The translations under genes and the position numbers were made by a program. A stretch of 64,000 bases of DNA from Candidatus Thorarchaeota archaeon (GTDB taxonomy: Archaea; Asgardarchaeota; Thorarchaeia; Thorarchaeales; Thorarchaeaceae), in assembly GCA_004524445.1 (NCBI GenBank), contig SDNP01000001.1, positions 32,001 to 96,000 of the forward strand, given 5' to 3'. Positions 38,359 through 48,498 of the stretch are shown one piece after another. Position 1 is the first letter of the stretch. The number at the start of each line of letters is the position of its first letter. Under the pieces are notes generated by a model. It was not told the origin of the DNA. It did not search any database and saw only the letters and a program-made list of their open reading frames with translations.

Positions 38359-39234
38359 TTGACCCAGCAATACGAAGTGTTTCTAGGTTGTGCAATCCCG
38401 AATCGTTTCAATAATTATGAGAGTTCAATGCGTTTAGTTGCCAAAGAGCTGGATATAGAGCTCCTAGACTTTGATGGCGCATCATGTTGCGGCACTGTTG
38501 TGCTCAAATCTATAGATGAGAACAATTGGCTTGGCCTATCAGGGAGAAACATAGCTCTCGCAGAGAATCGTAATCATGACATCGTAACGCCGTGCAACGG
38601 ATGCTACGGATCTCTAAGAGATGTGGATCATCTGCTTCATGAAGATGAATCCTATAGGGAATTCCTCAATGAAACTTTGTCTGAGGTTGGATTGGAATAT
38701 AAGGGGAGTTCTAAGATTCTCCATTTTGTGGAAGTTCTTTATGAACTGAAAGACACGATTAGAGAAAAAATTGTACACCGCCTCGATGGTCTTAGAGTGG
38801 CATTTCATCCTGGGTGTCATCTTATACGACCATCTACCGTAGCGGGTTTTGATGACCCAGAACTTCCTAGAAAGGTGGACGAGCTAATTGAGCTCACAGG
38901 AGCAAAGAGCGTTCCTTGGAACCTCAAGCTTCGATGTTGTGGGTCGCCATTACTGATTGCAAGTGAACAAGTTGCAACAGATATATTGAGAGAAAAGATG
39001 CAGTCTGCGATAGAAGCAGGAGCCAACTGTGTTGTAACAAATTGTCCCGCCTGCCATACACAATTTGATGTGCAGGTTCTGGGCCTTAAGAATGATGAAG
39101 GTGAGTCCTTAGAGCTTCCAGCATTGTTTGTAACGCAAGTACTTGGTGCCGCAATGGGTCTGGATTCAGAACTGCTTGGATTTGATCTGAATAGAGTACC
39201 CCTTGACGACATCAGTAATATTCTAGGAATATGA
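38359..39234 (+). CDS. hdrB: Heterodisulfide reductase subunit B (copy 3, divergent)
   Basis: FLGC, CCGT, CNGC, HPGCH, CCGS, CPACH. Confidence 0.88.
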   Translation: MTQQYEVFLGCAIPNRFNNYESSMRLVAKELDIELLDFDGASCCGTVVLKSIDENNWLGLSGRNIALAENRNHDIVTPCNGCYGSLRDVDHLLHEDESYREFLNETLSEVGLEYKGSSKILHFVEVLYELKDTIREKIVHRLDGLRVAFHPGCHLIRPSTVAGFDDPELPRKVDELIELTGAKSVPWNLKLRCCGSPLLIASEQVATDILREKMQSAIEAGANCVVTNCPACHTQFDVQVLGLKNDEGESLELPALFVTQVLGAAMGLDSELLGFDLNRVPLDDISNILGI

Positions 39235-39268
39235 TTGTAGTAACTCGGCTTCATAGGGGGCATGAATA

Positions 39269-41047
39269 TTGACCAGACCGACTGGCAACGAATATGAAGA
39301 AGAATGGTGCCAGTTTTTCTTTCAGGATGCGCCCGTCGGATTAGCAAGAAGCCGCTTAAACACTGGCGAAATCTTAGACTGCAATCAGCGCCTCGTTGAC
39401 ATATTTGGGTATTCGAATAAGGATGAATTCATGCAATCCGTGAAGGTCTCTGAATTTTATGTCAGTCTTGAAGAGCGGGCTCGGATTCTAGATGAACTTC
39501 GACAAAAGCAAAGAATATCCGGCATCGATTTGAAGCTCAAGAGAAAGAACGGACAAGAGTTCTGGGGACGATTTGCTGCCAAACTCATTCCAAATGAGAA
39601 TCAGCTGCAAATAGCAATCATTGATGTAACGAAAGAACGGGAAATATTCGAAAAGTTAACAGAGAGCGAACAGAAGTATAGGGCTCTCTTCGAATCTTTA
39701 GGTGATGCTGTCTTCATTCATGACCTAGAAGGTCATTTTCTTGAAGTCAATGATGTGGCTTGCGAAAGACTTGGCTATTCGAAGGAGGAGCTCTTGAATC
39801 TATCACCTATGGATATTGACGCAGAAGAATTTGCTCCGAAAGTACCGGGGCGAATCAGAGAACTAGAAGAGAAGGGGCATGTCTTCTATGAAACAGTGCA
39901 TATCGCAAAGGATGGAACGAGGTTTCCCACTGAATTGAGTAGCAGAGCAGTGAACCTGGGCGGAGAAACAGTAATTGTAACGGTTGCGCGTGATATCTCT
40001 CAGAGACTTGAAACCCAAAGGCAGCTCCAAGAACAGAAGAACTTCCTAGAAAAGGTAATCAACTCCCTGAATCATCCCTTTTTCGTTATAGATGTTGATA
40101 CACACGAAATACAACTGACAAATGAGGCAACTAGACGTCAATATGGAGATGTAGGTAACACTTGCTACGAAATCGCACACGGAAGAATTGACCCCTGCGC
40201 CGCTAATGATCATATCTGTCCCCTGAATGAGATGAGAAACAGTAGAGAACATGTAGCTGTAGAACATACTCACATCACAAAAAGTGGGGACGAGCGGATT
40301 TTCGAGGTTCATGCTCATCCTATCTTCAATGATTCAGGATATCTCACTCAGATGATAGAGTACTCTTTGGATATCACTGACCGCAAGAGAGCTGAAACTG
40401 AGCGAGTCCGACAGCAACGTGAACTAGAGCTATACGCATCTCTATTGAAGCATGATTTATCGAATGACCTTCAAATCATAATCGGGGCAATTGATATCGC
40501 CAGTGGCTCTATTGATGAAGAAGACAAGGAATTGCAGGAATTACTTGAAACAGGGGTTGCAGCTGCAAAGAGAATGTCCTATCTTCTCTCCGTACTAGGT
40601 AGCCCTGAGGAAGATGCAGACCATAATCTGATTCATATTTTGAATAGGGAATTGGAGGAGGCTGCTGAAGTTCATAGCAATTTCAGTTTTGAATTGAACC
40701 CTCCTGATGACAAGAAGGAAGTCAGAATAAGAAGATCGAAGTTACTACCGATGGTCTTTGAGAATATCTTTAGAAATGCGGCTCAACATGCGGGAAAGAA
40801 GCCTCATGTCCAGGTCGATGTCACTCTACAAGAAGAGTTAGTACATGTTGACATTATTGATAATGGGCCTGGAATCCCAAAGAAATTGAGAAACGAGATA
40901 TTTCAGAGAAAATCATCAGAAAAGACCGGATTTGGCCTCTATTTAGCAAAGGAGATTCTGCGTATGTTAGAAGGTGACATCACACTACTAGACTCTCAAG
41001 AAGATGCTGGGGCCGCCTTCCGAGTTTCCCTTGTCCTTGAAAAGTAG
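39269..41047 (+). CDS. Soluble multi-PAS sensor histidine kinase
   Basis: Three PAS domains; HDLSNDL H-box, ENIFRNA, DNGPGIP, GFGLYL. Confidence 0.9.
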   Translation: MTRPTGNEYEEEWCQFFFQDAPVGLARSRLNTGEILDCNQRLVDIFGYSNKDEFMQSVKVSEFYVSLEERARILDELRQKQRISGIDLKLKRKNGQEFWGRFAAKLIPNENQLQIAIIDVTKEREIFEKLTESEQKYRALFESLGDAVFIHDLEGHFLEVNDVACERLGYSKEELLNLSPMDIDAEEFAPKVPGRIRELEEKGHVFYETVHIAKDGTRFPTELSSRAVNLGGETVIVTVARDISQRLETQRQLQEQKNFLEKVINSLNHPFFVIDVDTHEIQLTNEATRRQYGDVGNTCYEIAHGRIDPCAANDHICPLNEMRNSREHVAVEHTHITKSGDERIFEVHAHPIFNDSGYLTQMIEYSLDITDRKRAETERVRQQRELELYASLLKHDLSNDLQIIIGAIDIASGSIDEEDKELQELLETGVAAAKRMSYLLSVLGSPEEDADHNLIHILNRELEEAAEVHSNFSFELNPPDDKKEVRIRRSKLLPMVFENIFRNAAQHAGKKPHVQVDVTLQEELVHVDIIDNGPGIPKKLRNEIFQRKSSEKTGFGLYLAKEILRMLEGDITLLDSQEDAGAAFRVSLVLEK

Positions 41048-41064
41048 CTCCAAAAACCTGCGAA

Positions 41065-41952
41065 TCAAATATCAGGTAGGGGTTCTCTCTTTGAAATCCA
41101 CTTATTTGGAATTCCATCTCCTCCGACATGACATGCTACTATTCCACCGACCATTGCGCATGTTGTGTCCATGTCCCCGCCGCCGCTGACTGTCTGCCAA
41201 AGTGCCTCTTCGAAGTCATTCAAGTATCTACTTGCACACCAAATCACGTAAGGTACGGTATCCTGAACCGTGATTCTATGGCCAGCTCCAAGTAATTTTG
41301 CCACTGCCTTGGTTTCCATATTATTGCACTCAAGAGCTTGCCTTAATCCATTCTTCACATCGCCTTCAGGAACATGAGTCACAAGTTCCTCGATGAACTC
41401 ATTAGGCTTAAGTGGTGTTTGTCTTGTTTGATATGCAATTGCGGCCCCAACGGCCACAGCGATCGCGCCTGCAGTGGCCTCTGGATGCTGATGTGTGACT
41501 TGTGCTGAAAGCGTCGCATTCTCGACGACTAAATCGAGGTCTTTGGCGAAGTAGGCTCCCACTGGAGCTACGCGCATTGCAGCTCCGTTACCGAATGAAC
41601 CCTCTCCACCAAAGAGTGAACCAAAAAGCACCCTCCAATCTTCACCTCTTTTAATTCTAGGTAATGTTGAATACATGGATGGACCGTAGCCTCTTGCTGG
41701 ATCGAAGGACTGTGCAAACCTCATTGCCAATTCATCTTGAATAACCCTGTCATATTCCAGAAGTATCTCTGCAATTGAGATGGCCGTGATTGTATCATCT
41801 GTATACCGCCAAATTCCCGGTGGAAGTTCTCTCTTTGCTTCCCATCCTCCAATTATCTTTCTAGCATCAAAGAAATTCTGACCGAATGCATCTCCAACAG
41901 AGAGTCCCTCAAGTGCCTCCATGAGCCTCTCTTTTTTCCTATCCATAGTCAT
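41065..41952 (-). CDS. ADP-ribosylglycohydrolase (DraG/ARH family)
   Basis: GLSVGDAFG, YTDDT, GNGAAMRVAP, GGDMDT. Confidence 0.92.
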   Translation of the reverse strand: MTMDRKKERLMEALEGLSVGDAFGQNFFDARKIIGGWEAKRELPPGIWRYTDDTITAISIAEILLEYDRVIQDELAMRFAQSFDPARGYGPSMYSTLPRIKRGEDWRVLFGSLFGGEGSFGNGAAMRVAPVGAYFAKDLDLVVENATLSAQVTHQHPEATAGAIAVAVGAAIAYQTRQTPLKPNEFIEELVTHVPEGDVKNGLRQALECNNMETKAVAKLLGAGHRITVQDTVPYVIWCASRYLNDFEEALWQTVSGGGDMDTTCAMVGGIVACHVGGDGIPNKWISKREPLPDI

Positions 41953-42037
41953 AGTGTACGCAGTCCTATTCTCACTCTAGTATTCTGGAATCTAATTGAG
42001 TTTTCTGTGGTTGAGTGCAAGAACTCTGAAAAATATC

Positions 42038-42604
42038 TTACCCCAACCTATTCTCTCCGTAGAATAGCTCACCAAGGGTTTTCATAGCTTTTCTGACACA
42101 TTCCTTCTCACCGCTGACTTGTAGATGTCGTTTTCCATCCAACTGAATTAGGACTCCACAATCTTCTGCAACAGCACCGACTGTTTCCACTGGGATGTCT
42201 TCTGGGAGCTTGATTCGAAAGAAACTAACATCCTTTTCACGAGGAAGGTCTGAGATGGAGGTCATTGGTTCAACCGTTGGCGGGTCAATTAACTCATGAA
42301 GGGCATCTTCGAATTTTCCCTCCCACTTTTTTCGATATTCCACTCCTTTGGCATTCTCTGCCCAAGCTAGGAGTGTTTCTCGTAAGCTTAGGATTTTATT
42401 CTCCATGTCTTGTCGTAGCTGTAAGTCCGCATTCTCCTGCCTTCTGATATCCTCATTGAATGAGCGGAGATATTCCAAGACCATCTTGGAGTTTCTGAAG
42501 TCTGCATGAGTTATACTGGGTATATCAACACCCTCTCTGCGGAGTTCTCCCATCAAATCATTAAGAACCATCCAACTAGCATATAACCCATCAAGAGTGA
42601 CCAA
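42038..42604 (-). CDS. DUF2096 family protein
   Basis: WMVLNDLMGELRREGVDIP N-terminus and LPREKD..RIKLPE C-terminal block, recognised from memory. Confidence 0.65.
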   Translation of the reverse strand: MVTLDGLYASWMVLNDLMGELRREGVDIPSITHADFRNSKMVLEYLRSFNEDIRRQENADLQLRQDMENKILSLRETLLAWAENAKGVEYRKKWEGKFEDALHELIDPPTVEPMTSISDLPREKDVSFFRIKLPEDIPVETVGAVAEDCGVLIQLDGKRHLQVSGEKECVRKAMKTLGELFYGENRLG

Positions 42605-42611
42605 TACTATC

Positions 42612-45600
42612 CTACTCCCTCAGCATCTCTTCGATTTGGTCGAGGAAACTCTTCTCACGCCACCAACGGAGGTCTCTGGCTCCAGTTGGACATATTGCAC
42701 AGCATGCACCACAGCCCTCACATCTCATCTCATCGGTCACGCTCTTCTTAACACCAGGCTCAACTTCTACCATACTCACTGCATCATAGGGGCAGATCTC
42801 AGAGTAATGGCATAGATCGCAACCTACACAGAGATCTTGATCAACTTCCGCAGTCAATAGTTCGATCTCTACAGTACCGAGTGTTAATGGTATTGAGGCC
42901 TGACTTGCTGCACCTCTTGACTGATTTATCGAGTCGGCAACATTCTTTGCATATGTTACACCCAAGAAGATTCCCGGTACAGTTGTTTCAACAGGTCTGA
43001 ACTTCATGTGCATCTCTGCTAGAAAACCATCTTGACTCTTGTTAATGCCTAAGGCTTTAACCAGTTCATTGACATCATGTGGGGCTTCAAGTCCCACAGC
43101 AAGAACTACCATGTCGGATTGAATCTTCAGAGTTTCTTGAGACAATGTGTCGTAAATTGTTACAATCGCCTCATCACTGTCTTCTGCCTTTTCAACTGTG
43201 ATGGGATTCTCCCTGACCCAGCGAAGGTATGAAACGCCATTTTGCCTATTCTCTCTCCACATCTCTTCCATATTGTTGGCGTAGGGACGGATGTGTTCTT
43301 TATAGGCAGAGAAGATCCTAATATCTGGAAACCTCTCTCTTAGCTCTTTCTGCATAGCAATGACTGCAGAGCAACAGACACGAGAACAGTACTTATTCCC
43401 CTCACCAGGCGTCTGCCTTGAACCTACGCAATGAATAAAGACCGGGTTCTTTGGAGGCTTCTTAATTTCACCAGCTTTGAGTTTCTCTTCTAGGTCTTGA
43501 GTTGTAATGACTGCTGGAGTTTCTTCCCAACCATATTCGCCCTTCTCCGGCTCGTATGTATCATTCCCAACTGCAACCACCATCGAACCTATGGTATGTG
43601 TGGTTTCCTCCCCAGTTTTCAGATTCCTCACCGTCATATCATAGTTTCCGTAGGATCCATCTCGTTCAACGACTTTGGAGTTCAGAAGCACCTTGATTCT
43701 CTTTTCCTTTTCTACTCTTGAGGTCAGGTCCTTCACAATATCCTCTGCGTTCTCCATATTGGGAAATACATGATAGAGCCTGTTCAGACGACCGCCCAAT
43801 TTGTCTTCTTTTTCCACGAGAATGACATCAAATCCCTTGCTAGCTAAATCTAGGGCTGCACTCATTCCAGAAACTCCGCCACCAACTACCATGGAGGTGA
43901 GGGTTACTTCTACTCTCTCGACAGGAACAAATTCATTATTAATTGCCTTAGCAACACCGCTCCTGATCAGGTCTTGGGCCTTTTCTTGCCGCACCTCTGG
44001 AGGTGCATTGGCATTAACCAAGGCTAGATGCTCTCGTAGACCCACGGGCCCAACAAGGTAGTATCCTGAAAGACCTGCGGCTCTCAAAGCAGACCTGAAG
44101 GTGGCTTCATGTTGAAGCGGCGAACACGAACCGACAACAACTCTGTTGAGGTTATGTTCCTTTATTGCCTCAGTAATCATTTCTTGCCCCGGATCACTGC
44201 ACATGAATAGATAATCAGTACTGTACGCTACTCCTGGGATGTCTTTTGCCCACTCCGCTAATGCTGGCGCGTCAATGACGTTTCCGATAATTCCCCCACA
44301 GTGGCAGACAAAGACACCAACTCTTGCTTCCTCTCCCTCCGGAAGTGGAGCAATTTTGTCCGGTGGTTCGCTTTCAGGTATGGGTAAGTAATTATGAGCT
44401 GCCAGTGCTGCTCCTTTACCTTCATTCACAGTATCAGTGCCATCTTTCGGGCCATGGATGCATCCAGCCATGAAAATGCCTGGTCGGGTCGTTTCCAAGG
44501 CTGCCTGATTGGGATGTTTCTCCTTGAGCCATCCTGTATCTCCCAACTCAATATTCAGAGTCTTGGCCAGTTTCTCATGCCCTTCATTAGGTCTAAAACT
44601 ACAGTTGAGAACTACCATGGATACATCTTCAATCTCCATGATTTCTCCCGTATCGGTATCCTCCATCTTCACTGATAGGTCATGAGTGTCTAGGTCTTCA
44701 GAGATTTCAGCAACTCTCCCTCTGATGAAGTCTATACCGTGGTTATGTTGACTATCCCAAAGAAACTCTTCGAGTGCCTTGCCCGCCGTCCTCATATCCA
44801 TATAGGTGTAAATGATCTCACAGTGGTCCTCGGGATAATGCATCCTGGTGGCTTGTGCAAGCTTGAGTCCGAAAGAACAACAGACGCGATTACAATGATC
44901 GCTATAGCCCTGTACCACTTCTCTTACATCTCTGCTCCCTACACAATTGACAAATAGGACTTTTTCGGGCTCTCTTCCATCAGAAGGTCTGACCATATGT
45001 GCATCGGTCGGTCCTGTTGGATGGGTCTGACGATCATACTCTAACGAAGTAACCACGTTTGGAAATACACCATAACCATACTCGCCATAATCAACCGGTT
45101 TGTATTCTTGGAATCCAGTGGCAACAATAATGGAGCCAACATTGAGATCGAATACCTTATCCTCATCTTCGTAATTGATACAATCCTGAGGGCACACTCC
45201 GGCACACGTGCCGCAACCAATACAAGCGTCTCTATCAATGGTGGCAACAAGCGGAATCTGCTGTGGGAAATTCAAGTAAATCGCTTTTCTAGTCGAGAGA
45301 CCGAAGTCATAGGGATTTGGCACCTCGACTGGACAGTTTCTGATACACATCTTGCAGCCAGTACACTTGTCTTCATCGACATATCTGGCCTTTTTGCGCA
45401 CTGAAACAGTGAAGTCGCCCGCTCGACCCTTTACCTTCTCAACTTCCGAGAGAGCATGAATTGTGATATTCGGATGCTTTCCAACGAATGATGTCAGAGG
45501 GGTCATAACACAGGCTGAACATTCGAGCATCGGGAATATCTTATAGATCGCAACGTAGTTTCCGCCGATATTCACTGTCTTCTCGATGATGTGAGCATGA

Positions 45601-45716
45601 TGTCCAGCATCTGCCAAATCCAATGCTGCGCTGATGCCAGCCATGCCGCCGCCTATGATGGCAACATCTGTGGGTTTTTGTTTGTCTGAGGTCTTCATTG
45701 CTGAGTCACTGGTCAT
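42612..45716 (-). CDS. hdrA: Second tandem-FAD HdrA-like protein (no MvhD)
   Basis: GGGMAG, FPMLECSAC, ferredoxin insert, CVGSRD..CNRVCC; VFVCHCG, GGGVSG, CSRVCC; C-terminal 2x[4Fe-4S]. Confidence 0.9.
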   Translation of the reverse strand: MTSDSAMKTSDKQKPTDVAIIGGGMAGISAALDLADAGHHAHIIEKTVNIGGNYVAIYKIFPMLECSACVMTPLTSFVGKHPNITIHALSEVEKVKGRAGDFTVSVRKKARYVDEDKCTGCKMCIRNCPVEVPNPYDFGLSTRKAIYLNFPQQIPLVATIDRDACIGCGTCAGVCPQDCINYEDEDKVFDLNVGSIIVATGFQEYKPVDYGEYGYGVFPNVVTSLEYDRQTHPTGPTDAHMVRPSDGREPEKVLFVNCVGSRDVREVVQGYSDHCNRVCCSFGLKLAQATRMHYPEDHCEIIYTYMDMRTAGKALEEFLWDSQHNHGIDFIRGRVAEISEDLDTHDLSVKMEDTDTGEIMEIEDVSMVVLNCSFRPNEGHEKLAKTLNIELGDTGWLKEKHPNQAALETTRPGIFMAGCIHGPKDGTDTVNEGKGAALAAHNYLPIPESEPPDKIAPLPEGEEARVGVFVCHCGGIIGNVIDAPALAEWAKDIPGVAYSTDYLFMCSDPGQEMITEAIKEHNLNRVVVGSCSPLQHEATFRSALRAAGLSGYYLVGPVGLREHLALVNANAPPEVRQEKAQDLIRSGVAKAINNEFVPVERVEVTLTSMVVGGGVSGMSAALDLASKGFDVILVEKEDKLGGRLNRLYHVFPNMENAEDIVKDLTSRVEKEKRIKVLLNSKVVERDGSYGNYDMTVRNLKTGEETTHTIGSMVVAVGNDTYEPEKGEYGWEETPAVITTQDLEEKLKAGEIKKPPKNPVFIHCVGSRQTPGEGNKYCSRVCCSAVIAMQKELRERFPDIRIFSAYKEHIRPYANNMEEMWRENRQNGVSYLRWVRENPITVEKAEDSDEAIVTIYDTLSQETLKIQSDMVVLAVGLEAPHDVNELVKALGINKSQDGFLAEMHMKFRPVETTVPGIFLGVTYAKNVADSINQSRGAASQASIPLTLGTVEIELLTAEVDQDLCVGCDLCHYSEICPYDAVSMVEVEPGVKKSVTDEMRCEGCGACCAICPTGARDLRWWREKSFLDQIEEMLRE

Positions 45717-45889
45717 TGACCATACCTCTTAGGGCTTTGCGCCAACGCGACCGTTGACAGCTTGGACGATATAATCTTTCTGTCGTGGCGAAGAGCGTTA
45801 CACCACCTCCAAATAATGTCCGCGAAAGGAAAGACATTTCAATCCCTAATAGCACTGATTTAACCAAGAGGAGATCTAGAGGGTATATC

Positions 45890-46378
45890 ATGCCTGAAAT
45901 ACAGGAACCTCATCAATGGGTGCCTGCTGCCTTGCTTTTGTTGATTCTCCTATTCTTTCCCTTTATGCTCCAGATCCAACGTGATTTTGTTTATTCGGAC
46001 TTGAATTTCTCTTGGTGGGCTTGGGTCTATACAATATACTCCGACGGAATTCGAATCACGTCGCTTTGGAGCTTTCTTGGTAAATCATATGATACGATTC
46101 TCTATCTAGCTTTCATTATCGCGCTTGAGAGATATTACATGAGGAAATCAAGCCTAAGAGTGGTCAAGATTCTTGGAGTGGTCAGCATATTTCCCCGTCT
46201 TCTTCCAACTATATCTAATCTTCTGATTTCGGTACTCAGCTTCGGTGGAGATTATCTGCTTATTGGCATTCCTTTGCCATTGCCCGTCATAGTTGGATCT
46301 ATTTTTCTGCACTGCAAGCCTTTGCCTCCATCAGAGCATGAGTGGCTAGAAGAGGCAAAACACCACTGGGAATCTTGA
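45890..46378 (+). CDS. Hypothetical 4-TM membrane protein
   Basis: Hydrophobic segments; IPLPLP motif; probable start ATG 45890. Confidence 0.6.
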   Translation: MPEIQEPHQWVPAALLLLILLFFPFMLQIQRDFVYSDLNFSWWAWVYTIYSDGIRITSLWSFLGKSYDTILYLAFIIALERYYMRKSSLRVVKILGVVSIFPRLLPTISNLLISVLSFGGDYLLIGIPLPLPVIVGSIFLHCKPLPPSEHEWLEEAKHHWES

Positions 46379-46516
46379 TAATTAGAGTTCATACTCTTGC
46401 ATCTGTTTCCTGTTTTACACATACCGTGTAGTAGAATGCGCTATGTTAACAGGTATATGTCATATTGAATCATGCTAGCAAACTGACCCTACCAGATTGA
46501 TTGTAGAATCAATATC

Positions 46517-47287
46517 CTATGATTTCTTTCTGTAATATGCTTCCCAAGATATTGGGTCAGAATAACCTAGCTTTTCTGCGAGTCTTATTGATGCTAAATT
46601 AGAGGCATCCCAGTGAGGAACCATGTCATTCTCGAGGGCATACTCGATAAGAGTTGCTGAAACAGCGGTTGCAAGCCCTCTTCTCCTATAAGAGGGATCA
46701 TCCACTGTATCAACCTGAACCTCAAATTCATCAATAAATGGAAATGCAGAATATGCCAAGCTGACAATCCGTTTTCCATAGACCGCACAAAATCCGACTC
46801 CCTGTTTGAGCAGCCCGTTTATGCTTCCGAAATGGAGGTCTATGGTTCTGCGAACTGCCGGATATACAGTTCGAAGATTATCACGGTTTATCCTCTGCAA
46901 GTCAACCTCTGCAGGAATCTTCTGCTTCAAGTGGCGAATTTCTGTGAGATCAAGCGAATCCGGACTAAATCTCGTTCTTTTTTGTATTCGCAACTCATCT
47001 CCGTACTTCTCCTTAACAAGTGAGTTCCAATCTTCAGTTGGCACAATTATGATGTTTAGATACGGAATCCTATCTACAAGCAGATGAGATTCTTCAGAGT
47101 GGGCGATTCCGGCTAGGAAATTAATCGGATGATAATGAAACCACGCCACGTTTGGATTGGCCTGAGAATCCACTCTCACATAGCCAAGACCCAGCCTCAT
47201 GAGCTGAAACAAGATTGCTCTTGCATTGTCATGTTCAGCAAATAGGTGTTCAATTTTACTTCTCTCTTGCATCCATACTTCAAACAA
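46517..47287 (-). CDS. GNAT family acetyltransferase
   Basis: YRRRGLATAV, PHWDASNLASIRLAEKLGY. Confidence 0.88.
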   Translation of the reverse strand: MFEVWMQERSKIEHLFAEHDNARAILFQLMRLGLGYVRVDSQANPNVAWFHYHPINFLAGIAHSEESHLLVDRIPYLNIIIVPTEDWNSLVKEKYGDELRIQKRTRFSPDSLDLTEIRHLKQKIPAEVDLQRINRDNLRTVYPAVRRTIDLHFGSINGLLKQGVGFCAVYGKRIVSLAYSAFPFIDEFEVQVDTVDDPSYRRRGLATAVSATLIEYALENDMVPHWDASNLASIRLAEKLGYSDPISWEAYYRKKS

Positions 47288-47469
47288 ATTAGGGTCCTCA
47301 ATGTATCAGTGAAAATCCTAGCATTATGATGTAATCACTGTTCTCTGTGTCATAATTTATTTCTTTTGACGTGTTTTTGAGCTATGCACAGCTATGTACA
47401 TATGCACGGCTTTATTTAAAAATCGGGAAATATCACCCTGTATCCAAAAATATGTGGGTGTTGTGGTGC

Positions 47470-48498
47470 ATGCGTTATATCAAGATATCAAAAGAGAATA
47501 CATACAAGTTCCTAGAGCGACTCAAGGAGGTGGGAACTCTTCATGCCCCAATGAAGATTTCAGAGAAGTTCTATGATTTTTGCGAAGTTGATGATGTAAA
47601 GGAAGTTGCCTTCGAATACAATCGAACCATCAGACCCCCTCGTCGCTTTTTCTACCCTGAAGAGGAGGTTATGTTCAAATTTGACACAGCTCGGGTGGAA
47701 ATGTATGAAAACACCCCGCGAGACGAGAGAGTAATCCTATTTGGAGTGCATAATTGTGACATTGTTGGTCTACGAATTATGGACTCTGTATTCATGGACG
47801 AGCAACCGGACCCCTACTATCAAAAAAGGAGAAAGAATGGCATAATCATTGGGCTGTCTTGCCTTCCAGATGAATACTGTTTCTGCAATGTGAGACGCAT
47901 TGAATTTGTGGACGCAGGTTTTGACTTGTTTTTCCATGAGCTGCCCGATGGATATTTGGTGAGGGTTGGAACTGTGACTGGTCACAAGCTAGTAGATCCT
48001 CATCCCGAACTCTTTGAGGAAATCACCAAAGAGGACACCAAAAACCTGGAAGAATTCGAAGCGAAAAAGGCAAGCATGTGGACGGTGAAGGGCAACTGGG
48101 ATGACCTGAGATACTTTCTTGAGATGCGAATGGATCATGAAATGTATGACCGAGAGAGCGATAAATGCCTAGGTTGTGGGAATTGTACTCTAACCTGTCC
48201 AACTTGTCGCTGTCACACGTATAGGGATATCCCAAGTATTGATGGACGTACGGGTGAGAGAATGAAATACTGGGACTCCTGTCAGTTCCGTTCACACGGG
48301 CTTGTTGCGGGGCCTCACAATTTCCGACCCACCAAGAAGTCGAGATTCTTTAATCGCTATCAGTGCAAGAATGCATATTGTCCCGATACAACTACTGCGT
48401 ACTGTGTAGGATGCGGAAGATGCACCTATTTCTGTCCTGCTGAAATCAACTTCAAGAAAAACCTCATGGAGATTGGTGGCTATACGGAGGCGATCTAA
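47470..48498 (+). CDS. hydB: Group 3b [NiFe] sulfhydrogenase beta subunit
   Basis: FGVHNCD, CFC, CLGCGNCTLTCPTCRC, CVGCGRCTYFCP; start refined to ATG 47470. Confidence 0.88.
   Translation: MRYIKISKENTYKFLERLKEVGTLHAPMKISEKFYDFCEVDDVKEVAFEYNRTIRPPRRFFYPEEEVMFKFDTARVEMYENTPRDERVILFGVHNCDIVGLRIMDSVFMDEQPDPYYQKRRKNGIIIGLSCLPDEYCFCNVRRIEFVDAGFDLFFHELPDGYLVRVGTVTGHKLVDPHPELFEEITKEDTKNLEEFEAKKASMWTVKGNWDDLRYFLEMRMDHEMYDRESDKCLGCGNCTLTCPTCRCHTYRDIPSIDGRTGERMKYWDSCQFRSHGLVAGPHNFRPTKKSRFFNRYQCKNAYCPDTTTAYCVGCGRCTYFCPAEINFKKNLMEIGGYTEAI

Noticed and set aside
27042-39234. Methanogenesis
   Set aside because: Hdr genes alone are not diagnostic; no mcr or mtr in the window.
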